Below are positions 25,791 through 34,728 of a stretch of DNA of 64,000 nt, in pieces. Both the position numbers and the translations under genes were made by a program. Source of the DNA: Candidatus Nanosyncoccus sp. (GTDB taxonomy: Bacteria > Patescibacteriota > Saccharimonadia > Saccharimonadales > Saccharimonadaceae); contig JAZTXX010000018.1 of the NCBI GenBank assembly GCA_045636645.1, positions 2,896 to 66,895 on the forward strand. Direction: 5' to 3'. The notes under the pieces were generated by a model. It made no database searches and was not told where the DNA came from. It worked only from the letters and a program-made list of their open reading frames with translations. Numbering within the stretch: position 1 is the stretch's first letter; each line of letters opens with the position of its first letter.

Positions 25791-27129
25791 TAAAAACGGT
25801 GGTAAAGTTATTCCGCAAGACATTGTTGCAGAGAAGTCTCTACTTGGTGCGATCATCATCAATAATGATGTTCTGCCAGAAATTCTAACTATTTTAAAAC
25901 CGAAAGATTTCTACGAGCCTAAGCATCAGGTTATTTTTGAATCTATTTCTGATTTATACGACCAACATAAGCCTATCGACATTCTAACTTTGACTTCAAA
26001 TCTAAAGAGTAAGAAACAACTTAGCGAAGTCGGTAAGGCGTATCTTGCTGAACTGTCGAACTTTGTGCCAGCAGCCTCTCACGCGAAGGCTTACGCCGAC
26101 ATCGTCGAGAAGGCTTCGGTAAGACGAAGACTAATCAGCGCCGGGACAACTATCGTTAAGCGTGCCTACGACGACGACGCGAATACTGATGACCTGATTG
26201 GTGATGCGGAACGAGAATTATTTGAAGTTTCCGACAAGATTGTTAAGAGTGATTATGTTGCGATCGATCAGCTCCTTGCTGATGCGTTTGATCGAATTGA
26301 TGAACTGCATCGCAATAAAGGCGCTCTACGTGGGTTAAAAACTGGGTTTCGTGACCTTGATAAGATTACTGCTGGGTTCCAGAAAGGTGACCTCGTAATC
26401 GTCGGCGCACGTCCAGCAATGGGTAAAACTACTTTCGCGCAGAATCTCGCCTACAATATCGCGAGCATTAATAATAAGGGGGTTCTATTCTTTTCAATGG
26501 AAATGGCCGCCAACGAAATTGTCGACAGGCTAATCTCCGAAGTCTCTGGTGTAAAGAACTGGAATATTCGTACTGGTAACCTTTCTGACGAGGAATTCCA
26601 GAAAATCGGCGATGCAATGGATGAGATGGATAACCTCCCTATTTACATCGACGATACAAGCTCTATGACGATCGTGGAACTTCGTAATAAAGCGCGGCGT
26701 GCCATGCACGATCACGATATTGGCGTAATTGTTGTGGACTACCTGCAGCTCATCCAGGGTTCAGATAGGTACAAAGGTAACCGTGTCCAAGAGGTGACGG
26801 AAATTTCTCGTGGTCTGAAAATCCTAGCCAGGGAACTAGAGATTCCAGTGATTGCACTTGCGCAGTTATCACGTAATGTGACCGGCCGTGACAATCCTAG
26901 ACCAATTCTTTCAGACCTTCGCGAGTCTGGCTCAATCGAGCAGGATGCCGACCTTGTGATGTTTCTTCACCGTCCAGATTATTACAAGCAGAACGACGAT
27001 GATTATGTTGAAACACATGTCACTGAATTAATAATCGCTAAGCACCGTCATGGAGCGGTCGGTAAAGTTGAATTGTACTTCCACCCAGAACTCCTCATGT
27101 TCATGTCACTTGATACTACACGCGAGTAG
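25768..27129 (+). CDS. dnaB: Replicative DNA helicase DnaB
   Basis: IPQDIVAEKSLLGAII, Walker A GARPAMGKTTF, VVDYLQLI and LAQLSR. Confidence 0.9.
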   Translation: MEEEVRSSKNGGKVIPQDIVAEKSLLGAIIINNDVLPEILTILKPKDFYEPKHQVIFESISDLYDQHKPIDILTLTSNLKSKKQLSEVGKAYLAELSNFVPAASHAKAYADIVEKASVRRRLISAGTTIVKRAYDDDANTDDLIGDAERELFEVSDKIVKSDYVAIDQLLADAFDRIDELHRNKGALRGLKTGFRDLDKITAGFQKGDLVIVGARPAMGKTTFAQNLAYNIASINNKGVLFFSMEMAANEIVDRLISEVSGVKNWNIRTGNLSDEEFQKIGDAMDEMDNLPIYIDDTSSMTIVELRNKARRAMHDHDIGVIVVDYLQLIQGSDRYKGNRVQEVTEISRGLKILARELEIPVIALAQLSRNVTGRDNPRPILSDLRESGSIEQDADLVMFLHRPDYYKQNDDDYVETHVTELIIAKHRHGAVGKVELYFHPELLMFMSLDTTRE

Positions 27130-27138
27130 TGTTATAAT
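27130..27138 (+). promoter_or_regulatory. Extended -10 box (TGTTATAAT), 6 nt before GTG 27145
   Basis: Leaderless-type spacing with a GTG start. Confidence 0.4.
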
Positions 27139-27144
27139 GTTTAT

Positions 27145-28596
27145 GTGAAGAAAATTACTATTTCTAAACTTTTTTTATACCGATATCGGTTTATTATTGG
27201 CTACGTTATTTTAAGTTTAGCATTCATGGTGCTACTGTTTGTTTTGCCAATTTTTGCCCAGAAGGGCTTATCGCAAGACGAGATTAATTCTGCTACAAGT
27301 TCTTTCTATCTTGGTAAAAACGGCATACTAAACGGTGACCTTGTCGACCTTCCTTACAGAATCATTCAGAAATATTCTATCGTACTATTCGGGTTGACCG
27401 CTTTTTCAATCAAGCTTCCAAGCATCATAATTGGCTTACTGCTTGGCTTCCTAATCATTCTTCTACTTAACCGTTGGTTTAAGAATAATGTATCTCTACT
27501 CGCATCTTCACTTGTGGTTCTCTCAACTCCATTCCTATTCCTGGCAGGTTCCGGTACACCACTAATCATGCTCGTATTCTGGCCGACCCTCTTATTGTGG
27601 CTCGGGTCGAAGATTCAAGGAGAGAAACGTCCGAAGCCTTTCTATAGCTTCGCTTTCGCAATTACATTGCTTCTAGCGATTCTTACGCCATATTTAATAT
27701 ACTTCGCTATATTCTGCGTGATATTCGTTTTAGCTCAGCCGCATCTTCGTTTCATCGTTAAGAATTTGCCAAAGTTACCGCTTGCTATAGTCACTCTTAT
27801 CTTCCTTGCTGGCCTAGTTGTACTGGGTATTAACACATTTAATCATCCTGATACTTTAATGCAACTGTTCTTCACGAAGGATTTCAATGCGGGGAATTTC
27901 TTCAACAATATCTCCGAAGGCTTCTCTCCAGTGTTTTCTTGGCATAATAGTGTCGAGGGGGTATTCCTGTCACCACTCATTAGTCTTCCGACCTTCGTTT
28001 TGGCCCTAATTGGTCTATTCTCGACAACCAAGGGCTTCTTTGCTTCTAGGAACTCTATCGCGAGTATTCTCATCGTTTTCACAATCATCATAACTGGGTT
28101 CAACCCTCAGGCCGTAGTATTCTTCATCCTGCCATTTTCTATATTGATCGCTCATGGCGTGAAGTACTTGCTCGAGAAATGGTACGGTCTATTCCCGGAG
28201 AATCCTTACGCCAGAATTTCCGCGTTGATTCCTCTGACAATTCTGTTTTCCATCATGATTATCCCTGGCTTGTTCCAGTATATCTATGGATATAGATATA
28301 ATCCAAGTATCGCTGATTATTTTAGTGAAGATCTAACTGTGATTCATGAAAATCTCGATGAGGACACACTTCTTGTAAATGAGAATGTCGAATTCTACCG
28401 CATCCTAGAACATAAGACTAACATTAGGATTATTGATTCTATGGATAAATCGCTCGAGAAAGTCGCGATCTTAAACAATTCCGAGATTAAGCCCGATAAA
28501 TTTGAACTAGAGCGGATAATCACCTCGCCGAGAAAGGATAATTCTGATATAATATATCTATATACTGCAACTAACAAGAACAATCAAGGAGAATAG
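27145..28596 (+). CDS. Polytopic membrane protein, possibly GT-C (ArnT/PMT-like) glycosyltransferase
   Basis: More than 10 hydrophobic segments across 483 aa. General topology only, no firm motif. Confidence 0.35.
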   Translation: MKKITISKLFLYRYRFIIGYVILSLAFMVLLFVLPIFAQKGLSQDEINSATSSFYLGKNGILNGDLVDLPYRIIQKYSIVLFGLTAFSIKLPSIIIGLLLGFLIILLLNRWFKNNVSLLASSLVVLSTPFLFLAGSGTPLIMLVFWPTLLLWLGSKIQGEKRPKPFYSFAFAITLLLAILTPYLIYFAIFCVIFVLAQPHLRFIVKNLPKLPLAIVTLIFLAGLVVLGINTFNHPDTLMQLFFTKDFNAGNFFNNISEGFSPVFSWHNSVEGVFLSPLISLPTFVLALIGLFSTTKGFFASRNSIASILIVFTIIITGFNPQAVVFFILPFSILIAHGVKYLLEKWYGLFPENPYARISALIPLTILFSIMIIPGLFQYIYGYRYNPSIADYFSEDLTVIHENLDEDTLLVNENVEFYRILEHKTNIRIIDSMDKSLEKVAILNNSEIKPDKFELERIITSPRKDNSDIIYLYTATNKNNQGE

Positions 28597-28597
28597 T

Positions 28598-28900
28598 ATG
28601 GGTCAAAAGATGGACCAAATGAAATTATTAAATCAACTACGTAAGGCTCAGAAGGAGCTTAAGAATGAGATCGTTGAAGTTGAAGCCGGTGATGGGGCAG
28701 TAGTAGTTCAGATTAATGGTGAGCTGAAGGTTAAGAAAGTTAAAATCGATCCTGAGAAGATCGATCTTGATGATATTCACGAGCTTGAGCGCTGGATTGA
28801 GAACTGCATGCGCGACGGCTTTGCGAAAGCACAAGAAATCGCTACCGACAAGATGAAACCTCTCATGGGTGGTCTTGGCAATCTCGGTCTTGGGATGTAA
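28598..28900 (+). CDS. ybaB: Nucleoid-associated protein YbaB/EbfC
   Basis: 100 aa, with KLLNQLRKAQKELKNEIVEVEAGDGAVVVQINGELKVKKVKIDPE. recR lies downstream. Confidence 0.8.
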   Translation: MGQKMDQMKLLNQLRKAQKELKNEIVEVEAGDGAVVVQINGELKVKKVKIDPEKIDLDDIHELERWIENCMRDGFAKAQEIATDKMKPLMGGLGNLGLGM

Positions 28901-28901
28901 T

Positions 28902-29507
28902 ATGCTTCCTCAAGCACTTGTTAATACTATTGAGGCATTATCAAGGTTGCCTGGTGTTGGTTCACGCACCGCTGAGCGATACGCTTATTACCTGTTCAAG
29001 TCCGATGAGAAAATTTCGGAAGGGATAGCTGAGGCCCTGGAGTCACTCCACTCCGGCGTGAAGTCTTGCCCGGTAACTTTTGCACTGATTGACGCCGATG
29101 AGGAAGTTTCTCCGTTTTATTCCGATCCTGGACGCGATAAGACTACCGTATTAGTTGTAGAAGAGCCTCTAGACATATATGCGATCGAACAGACACATTC
29201 ATTCAAGGGGACGTATCACGTACTTGGTGGAGCTATTTCACCAATTGACGGGATTACTCCAGAACAGTTGCATATAGGTGAATTAATTAAGCGTGCGAAC
29301 GATGACAATGTAAAAGAAATTATTATTGCTACTAACCCGTCCGTCGAGGGTGAATCAACCGCCTTATTTTTAGAAAAACTCCTACATGAGCAGAATCCCA
29401 ACCTCAAGCTCACAAGACTTGCGCGAGGATTACCACTTGGCGTTGATTTATCATACGCTGACCAAGTTACATTAAGTGCCGCACTAGAGAATCGTACTGA
29501 TCTCTAG
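28902..29507 (+). CDS. recR: Recombination protein RecR (zinc-finger cysteines missing)
   Basis: HhH motif LSRLPGVGSRTAERYAYYL and Toprim motif VVEEPLDIYAIEQT..IIATNPSVEGESTA. The usual CxxC..CxxC region reads SCPVT..VSPFY. Confidence 0.85.
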   Translation: MLPQALVNTIEALSRLPGVGSRTAERYAYYLFKSDEKISEGIAEALESLHSGVKSCPVTFALIDADEEVSPFYSDPGRDKTTVLVVEEPLDIYAIEQTHSFKGTYHVLGGAISPIDGITPEQLHIGELIKRANDDNVKEIIIATNPSVEGESTALFLEKLLHEQNPNLKLTRLARGLPLGVDLSYADQVTLSAALENRTDL

Positions 29508-29526
29508 TCGGCGCATTGATTATTCT

Positions 29527-31260
29527 TTAGAGTTCTGCCAAGGCCTTGAAATCGACTTTGGAGAGCTTGGTTTTAGGGAGCTCTGGCAAGAATCTGATTT
29601 CTCGCGGAATCTCGTACTTAGCGAGATGTTTCTTGTAGATATTCGAAAGCTCCTTCTTCACAGCACGCTCAGAAACACCCTCCGGGACAACGACAAAGAC
29701 GACGATCTTCTCACCCCTCAGTTTATCTTCCTTGCCAATTGCAGCGCAAGCAGTAATATTCTTACACTTCAAGGTTACATCTTCAATATTAGCTGGGTAG
29801 ATATTGTAGCCGTTCGAGATAATCATCCGCTTAATGCGAGAACGGAAGTGTACGAGACCCTTCTCGTCAATATATCCGACATCACCAGTACGTAAATATT
29901 TCTTACCACCGACAGTAATAAAGGCTTCTTCGGTTTCTTTCGGTTTGCCGAGATACTCTTTCATGACGGCGAGACCTCTAACCAGAATTTCGCCATCCTC
30001 GCCAGTCTTTGCCTGCTTCTTGGTCTTCAGGTCCATGATGATGACCTCATTGTCTGGGAGAGGGAAACCGATAGCATCCGGATCATCTGCGACGTTTGGT
30101 GGTGAGAAGATGAATCCGCCAGACGCTTCAGTAAGACCGTAACCGTTCTCAATTACAGCCTTAGAGCCATGCTCACGCAGGAAATCATTAATCTTCTCCT
30201 TGCTACTCATACTAATCATATCTCCACCGGAGACTACGTATTTCACGGTCTTGAGTTCGCCCTTCTTGAACTTGATTTTGGTTAAGTATTCAAACACAGT
30301 AGGCACGCCACAGAGAATACTGACTTTGTATTTCGTGATATAGCTTTTTAGCTTCTTCGGATTGAACTGCGGGATGAGGAATGAACGGGCGCCGTTAAAT
30401 AGCGGCATATGGATACAACAGCCGAGTCCAAATGCGTGAAAATTCGGCAAGAACGCCATATAAGAATAGCTTGACTTAAATAGTTCTGGAACGAGGTATT
30501 TTGCGCCTAGAGCTTGAGCGTTGAAGTTCAAGTTCGTCAGAACTATGCCTTTCGGCTTTCCAGTTGTACCGCCAGAATACATGATGGCTGCGACGTCCTT
30601 CGCATTCACCCTCGCATGAGGATTGCCGATATAGCGATTCGCCTTCATGAGGAACTTATCCCAGGTAATGACGTGCTGGGAGTTCTTGATACGATTCTTA
30701 CGACCCTTCGTGACTTTGTAGAGAACCCTCATGAGGAAGTCCATTGAGCGGGTCGGCGACACTACGATCACTTGCTCAAGATTTGTATTCTTGATGATTG
30801 ATTCGACCTTGAAATACGAAATATCGATACAGAGCATGATTTTCGAATCAGCTTGTGTAACGTAGTCCTCGATTTCTTTTTCACTTGAGAGGGGATGAAT
30901 CATGTTAGCGACTGCACCGATCTCGTTCACCGCATAGAACATGTAAACTGCTTCTGGGGTGTTCGGCATACAGATCGAGATACGATCTCCCTTATTTGCG
31001 CCAAGCGCTTTAAGCGCTGCAGCAACTTTATTGATTTTCTTTATGAGATCCTTATATGTTATCTCATTATCGAAGTATTGCAGGGCGATATTATGAGGCC
31101 ATTTACAGGATGATTCGTAAACCACGTCATACATGCCGCCTTCTGGGTACTCGATGTCTTTTGGTAGCTTATCAATATAGCTATACTTCGCGCTCTCTAA
31201 TTTCATATCAATTCTGCGCAAAGTGTTCTTGATTTTTTTGTAAATATAGTCTATTGGCAT
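29527..31260 (-). CDS. Long-chain fatty-acid--CoA ligase / AMP-dependent synthetase
   Basis: AMP-binding motif MYSGGTTGKPKG, plus GYGLTE and TGDVGYIDEKG. A TGGTAAAAT box (31270-31278) lies 9 nt upstream of ATG 31260. Confidence 0.8.
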   Translation of the reverse strand: MPIDYIYKKIKNTLRRIDMKLESAKYSYIDKLPKDIEYPEGGMYDVVYESSCKWPHNIALQYFDNEITYKDLIKKINKVAAALKALGANKGDRISICMPNTPEAVYMFYAVNEIGAVANMIHPLSSEKEIEDYVTQADSKIMLCIDISYFKVESIIKNTNLEQVIVVSPTRSMDFLMRVLYKVTKGRKNRIKNSQHVITWDKFLMKANRYIGNPHARVNAKDVAAIMYSGGTTGKPKGIVLTNLNFNAQALGAKYLVPELFKSSYSYMAFLPNFHAFGLGCCIHMPLFNGARSFLIPQFNPKKLKSYITKYKVSILCGVPTVFEYLTKIKFKKGELKTVKYVVSGGDMISMSSKEKINDFLREHGSKAVIENGYGLTEASGGFIFSPPNVADDPDAIGFPLPDNEVIIMDLKTKKQAKTGEDGEILVRGLAVMKEYLGKPKETEEAFITVGGKKYLRTGDVGYIDEKGLVHFRSRIKRMIISNGYNIYPANIEDVTLKCKNITACAAIGKEDKLRGEKIVVFVVVPEGVSERAVKKELSNIYKKHLAKYEIPREIRFLPELPKTKLSKVDFKALAEL

Positions 31261-31269
31261 AGTAATACT

Positions 31270-31278
31270 ATTTTACCA
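31270..31278 (-). promoter_or_regulatory. Extended -10 box (TGGTAAAAT) for the acyl-CoA ligase gene
   Basis: The plus strand reads attttacca, with a 9-nt spacer to the start. Confidence 0.45.
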
Positions 31279-31286
31279 CAAAATCG

Positions 31287-31295
31287 TGTTATAAT
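31287..31295 (+). promoter_or_regulatory. Extended -10 box (TGTTATAAT), 7 nt before ATG 31303
   Basis: Sits 8 bp from the divergent box at 31270-31278. Confidence 0.45.
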
Positions 31296-31302
31296 GATGT
31301 GT

Positions 31303-31989
31303 ATGGATAAAAACTTTCGGGTTAGAGTGATTGTCGGTTTTAGCCTATTCGCTATTGCACTAATCGCGTTGTACTTGTTTGACGGGATTCCGTTTAAAAT
31401 AATCTTCGGAATATTCTCATTTATTTCGATGATTGAGCTCCTTAGTTTCTTTAAGAAGAAATATACCTTCTACAATGTATTCCTTGCGATTCTCGAAATC
31501 GTGTTTTTAGTCTGCGGGACGATATTTGTTGCCAGGATTAATACCGACTACTTCTGGTATATTATCCTTGGTGTGCCTGGATACGACGTTTTCGCCTATC
31601 TATCCGGGAAGCTGCTTGGTGGGAAGATTTTCAAAAAGTCTCGTCCATTCCCGAAAATTTCCAAGAATAAAACTTGGGAGGGCACAATTCTTGGTCTAGT
31701 ATTCGCAATTAGTCTTGTGGCAATCAAGATGGCGGCTGGGGGAAATTTCGAGACTGATTGGTTCTATCTACTATGCGGTCCACTCGCACTGGTTGGCGAC
31801 TTATTCGAGAGTCACCTGAAGCGTTGCTTCAAGGTGAAGGATTCCAATGAGATCCTAATTAAAAATAAGTTTTTCAGTAAGGTCGAAATGATGGTTGGCG
31901 GTTCGGAAGGGCATGGAGGATTCCTCGATCGAATCGATTCCTGTGCGTTCGCTTGTACTGTTCTGCTGATTATTTCGCTGGTTGTATAA
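31303..31989 (+). CDS. cdsA: Phosphatidate cytidylyltransferase
   Basis: SKNKTWEGTILG and GHGGFLDRIDS. Confidence 0.8.
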   Translation: MDKNFRVRVIVGFSLFAIALIALYLFDGIPFKIIFGIFSFISMIELLSFFKKKYTFYNVFLAILEIVFLVCGTIFVARINTDYFWYIILGVPGYDVFAYLSGKLLGGKIFKKSRPFPKISKNKTWEGTILGLVFAISLVAIKMAAGGNFETDWFYLLCGPLALVGDLFESHLKRCFKVKDSNEILIKNKFFSKVEMMVGGSEGHGGFLDRIDSCAFACTVLLIISLVV

Positions 31990-31992
31990 TAA

Positions 31993-32568
31993 TTATTTCT
32001 TGGGTTTTAGAATTTTCTTGTAACCCTTTATTAAATAATCGACTCCGGAGAATACCGTGAGGGCTAGGGCAGCATATAAAGCGATATTACCAATAACTTC
32101 GAAGAATTCGAGACTAACTATGGTATTGAAGAGGATAATAATTAGTGCGATCATTTGAAATGTCGTCTTCAGCTTACCGTAGAATGAAGCAGCAACAGTG
32201 ATACCATCTCGCGCGGCCATCATGCGCATCCCGTCAACCGCAAGGTCGCGCACGATTATTATTGCAAAAACCCAGATTGGAATGATTCCAAGTGTCGTGA
32301 GTGCGAGGAATGCGAGATTTACAAGCATCTTGTCGGCAAGCGGGTCAAGAAAAGCGCCAAAATCAGTCGTTAAGTCATGTTTCCTTGCCCAGATTCCGTC
32401 TATTTTATCCGTGATTGATGCTACAATGAACACGACTAGTGCTATAATCCTTGACCATGTATAGGGAAGTAGGACGAATACCAGAAAAACTACTGAAAGG
32501 AGCATTCTAGTAATCGTAAGGACTGTTGGCCCCGTTATAGCTTTCTTATTAGTATTCTTACTACTCAA
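31993..32568 (-). CDS. pgsA: CDP-diacylglycerol--glycerol-3-phosphate 3-phosphatidyltransferase
   Basis: CDP-alcohol motif DKIDGIWARK..TDFGAFLDPLADK. The likely TTG start at 32568 overlaps the TGA stop of the upstream HAD gene (TTGA), with SD aggagag upstream. The track's longer ORF is not supported. Confidence 0.75.
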   Translation of the reverse strand: MSSKNTNKKAITGPTVLTITRMLLSVVFLVFVLLPYTWSRIIALVVFIVASITDKIDGIWARKHDLTTDFGAFLDPLADKMLVNLAFLALTTLGIIPIWVFAIIIVRDLAVDGMRMMAARDGITVAASFYGKLKTTFQMIALIIILFNTIVSLEFFEVIGNIALYAALALTVFSGVDYLIKGYKKILKPKK

Positions 32569-32996
32569 ATTACGTCTCTCCTGTGGTCGACTTTCCAGGA
32601 GCGGACTTTGGCGAATTTTGCAGCAAGGACGTCTGTAGACCATTTATCGCCTAGCATGACGGTTTCTTCTGGCTTGAACTTATAGGTCTCCATCGCTTCG
32701 GTCAGCTTTGTGCTCATTGGCTTCTTAGCCCACCATATACAGTCAATCTTAATCGGCTCGCAGAATTTCTGCATCATTTTCTTACGGCCATTGTTTGATA
32801 TTATTACAATTTTGACTCCGGCTTTTTTGCATTCTTCTACCCATTCTTGCAACTCGTCGGCTGGTTCCTTCTCGGAGTGGAGCCGTAGGGTGTTATCGAG
32901 ATCGCATAATAAAAGCTTAACGCCTTCTTTTTTTAATACTTCAGGTGTGACGTCTTCGAAGCGCTCAAAATTTTTGTCTGCGCGAAAAATACTCAT
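32565..32996 (-). CDS. HAD-superfamily (YqeG-like, subfamily IIIA) phosphatase
   Basis: LLLCDLDNTL (DxDxT), VIISNN and MLGDKWSTDV. Confidence 0.65.
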   Translation of the reverse strand: MSIFRADKNFERFEDVTPEVLKKEGVKLLLCDLDNTLRLHSEKEPADELQEWVEECKKAGVKIVIISNNGRKKMMQKFCEPIKIDCIWWAKKPMSTKLTEAMETYKFKPEETVMLGDKWSTDVLAAKFAKVRSWKVDHRRDVI

Positions 32997-33002
32997 GTAT
33001 CT

Positions 33003-33011
33003 ATTTTATCA
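33003..33011 (-). promoter_or_regulatory. Extended -10 box (TGATAAAAT), 6 nt before ATG 32996
   Basis: The plus strand reads attttatca. Confidence 0.45.
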
Positions 33012-33020
33012 TGATATAAT
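33012..33020 (+). promoter_or_regulatory. Extended -10 box (TGATATAAT), 6 nt before ATG 33027
   Basis: Directly abuts the divergent box at 33003-33011. Confidence 0.45.
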
Positions 33021-33026
33021 GATTAT

Positions 33027-34007
33027 ATGTACGATAAATTCAGTGAATTTTTGCGGGACAAGGAGAAAATCTGCATAATCCAAGCCGAGAATCCTGATGG
33101 TGATTCGCTTGGCTCGGCTTTAGCACTTGATTATGTTCTAAATGGTAAAGAAGTCTCACTGTATTGCCCAGTTGATATACCGAAATACCTTCATTATTTC
33201 ACTGATTGGTCACGGATTACCAATGAATTTGATTATAAGGCCGATGGATACATTATCGTTGATACGGCTGCCGAGGTACTACTATCAAAACTTCTTGATG
33301 ACAATGCTATAGCCAATCGATTAAATAATGCTCCGGTCCTCGTGATTGACCATCATGAGACCCCAGATGACATTTCGTTTTCACATGAGAGCATTATTGA
33401 AATCTGTCCAGCCTGCGCGGAGCTGATTTATCGAATTTGTAAAGACCAGAATATTGAAATAACGAAGGATATCGCTGAGGTCATCTTCCAGGGCATCCTT
33501 TCCGACACGCTTGGGCTAACTAGCGCTTCAGTAACCGCTGAGACGTTCGAGATCGCGGCGGAATTATCTAAGGCTGGCGCAGTGATTTCTGAGCTTGAAG
33601 AGAGACGACGTGAATATATGAAGAAGTCTCCGAGGATTCTAGACTATAAGGCTGATTTAATTAAAAGGATCGAATATTCGCTTGATGGGGAGCTCGTGAC
33701 AGTACATATCCCATGGGAAGATATCCGTACATATTCGGACGAATATAATCCAAATGTTTTGATACTTGAAGAGATGAGACTTGTTGAAGGTGTGAAGGTT
33801 GCCGTAGCGGTCAAGACCTATCCCGACGGGAAGGTTACCGGTAAAATCCGTTGTTCCGCTGATGCGCCGATTGCCGAGAAGATCGCTGGATATTTTGGTG
33901 GCGGTGGACACCCGCTCGCCGCTGGATTTCGAACTTATGATATCACTTACGATGATGTTGTAAGGGATTTAATAAAAGTAATACCGGAGGTGTTAGATGA
34001 AGGATAA
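33027..34007 (+). CDS. DHH/DHHA1 phosphoesterase (NrnA-like oligoribonuclease/pAp phosphatase)
   Basis: NPDGDSLGSALAL, VIDHHETP and GGGGHPLAAG. Confidence 0.75.
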   Translation: MYDKFSEFLRDKEKICIIQAENPDGDSLGSALALDYVLNGKEVSLYCPVDIPKYLHYFTDWSRITNEFDYKADGYIIVDTAAEVLLSKLLDDNAIANRLNNAPVLVIDHHETPDDISFSHESIIEICPACAELIYRICKDQNIEITKDIAEVIFQGILSDTLGLTSASVTAETFEIAAELSKAGAVISELEERRREYMKKSPRILDYKADLIKRIEYSLDGELVTVHIPWEDIRTYSDEYNPNVLILEEMRLVEGVKVAVAVKTYPDGKVTGKIRCSADAPIAEKIAGYFGGGGHPLAAGFRTYDITYDDVVRDLIKVIPEVLDEG

Positions 34008-34728
34008 TAATCTCACTCTAGCCAAGACTCATGATTCGTGCGAGTCTGGCGACGAAAAATTAACTGTCGTATTGATTCACGGAATAGCTTCTGATTCGAA
34101 TACTTACAATAAGGCTCTAACTTATTTTGATTCTATAGAAGATCTAAAAGACGTTAGATTTGTGACTTTTGATCTTCTTGGCTCCGGAGAGTCCACAAAG
34201 GACGATTCTCTAAACTATGACTACGATGATCAGCTTGAGGCGCTCCATAATTCGATCACCGAGCTCGATGTTAAGTCACCATTAGTGCTTGTCGGTCATT
34301 CGCTCGGTACATTTATCGTCACAAGATATGCTTCCATTTATAAGGATGAGATCTCGAAGCTAGTTCTTGTATCTCCACCGATTTATTCTGCACAGGATTT
34401 CGCTCATCCTGATTTCCAGAAGGGGATTGATGGGTTCATTGATTCTGTTAGCGCCAAAAACCCGGATATCGTCGAGAAGAAATCTTTCAAGAATTCAATG
34501 TCTAATATTGTGCTCGATCAATCAAATTATGACGTACTTGCTTCGCTTGATTTACCAATTATTATCATTTATGGTGACGAAGATAAAATTATTTCGTCCT
34601 ATAATATCCCCGGGATGCTGAAGGCAAACAAGAATATTACCGCCATTAAGACCGTTGGTCGCCATAGCGTTTCAGAAGATAAATACACTGAGCTCGCTAA
34701 AGTATTATTGGAGAGCATTAATGCTTAA
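33997..34728 (+). CDS. Alpha/beta-fold hydrolase
   Basis: HGIASDS and the nucleophile elbow VGHSLGT. Confidence 0.6.
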   Translation: MKDNNLTLAKTHDSCESGDEKLTVVLIHGIASDSNTYNKALTYFDSIEDLKDVRFVTFDLLGSGESTKDDSLNYDYDDQLEALHNSITELDVKSPLVLVGHSLGTFIVTRYASIYKDEISKLVLVSPPIYSAQDFAHPDFQKGIDGFIDSVSAKNPDIVEKKSFKNSMSNIVLDQSNYDVLASLDLPIIIIYGDEDKIISSYNIPGMLKANKNITAIKTVGRHSVSEDKYTELAKVLLESINA

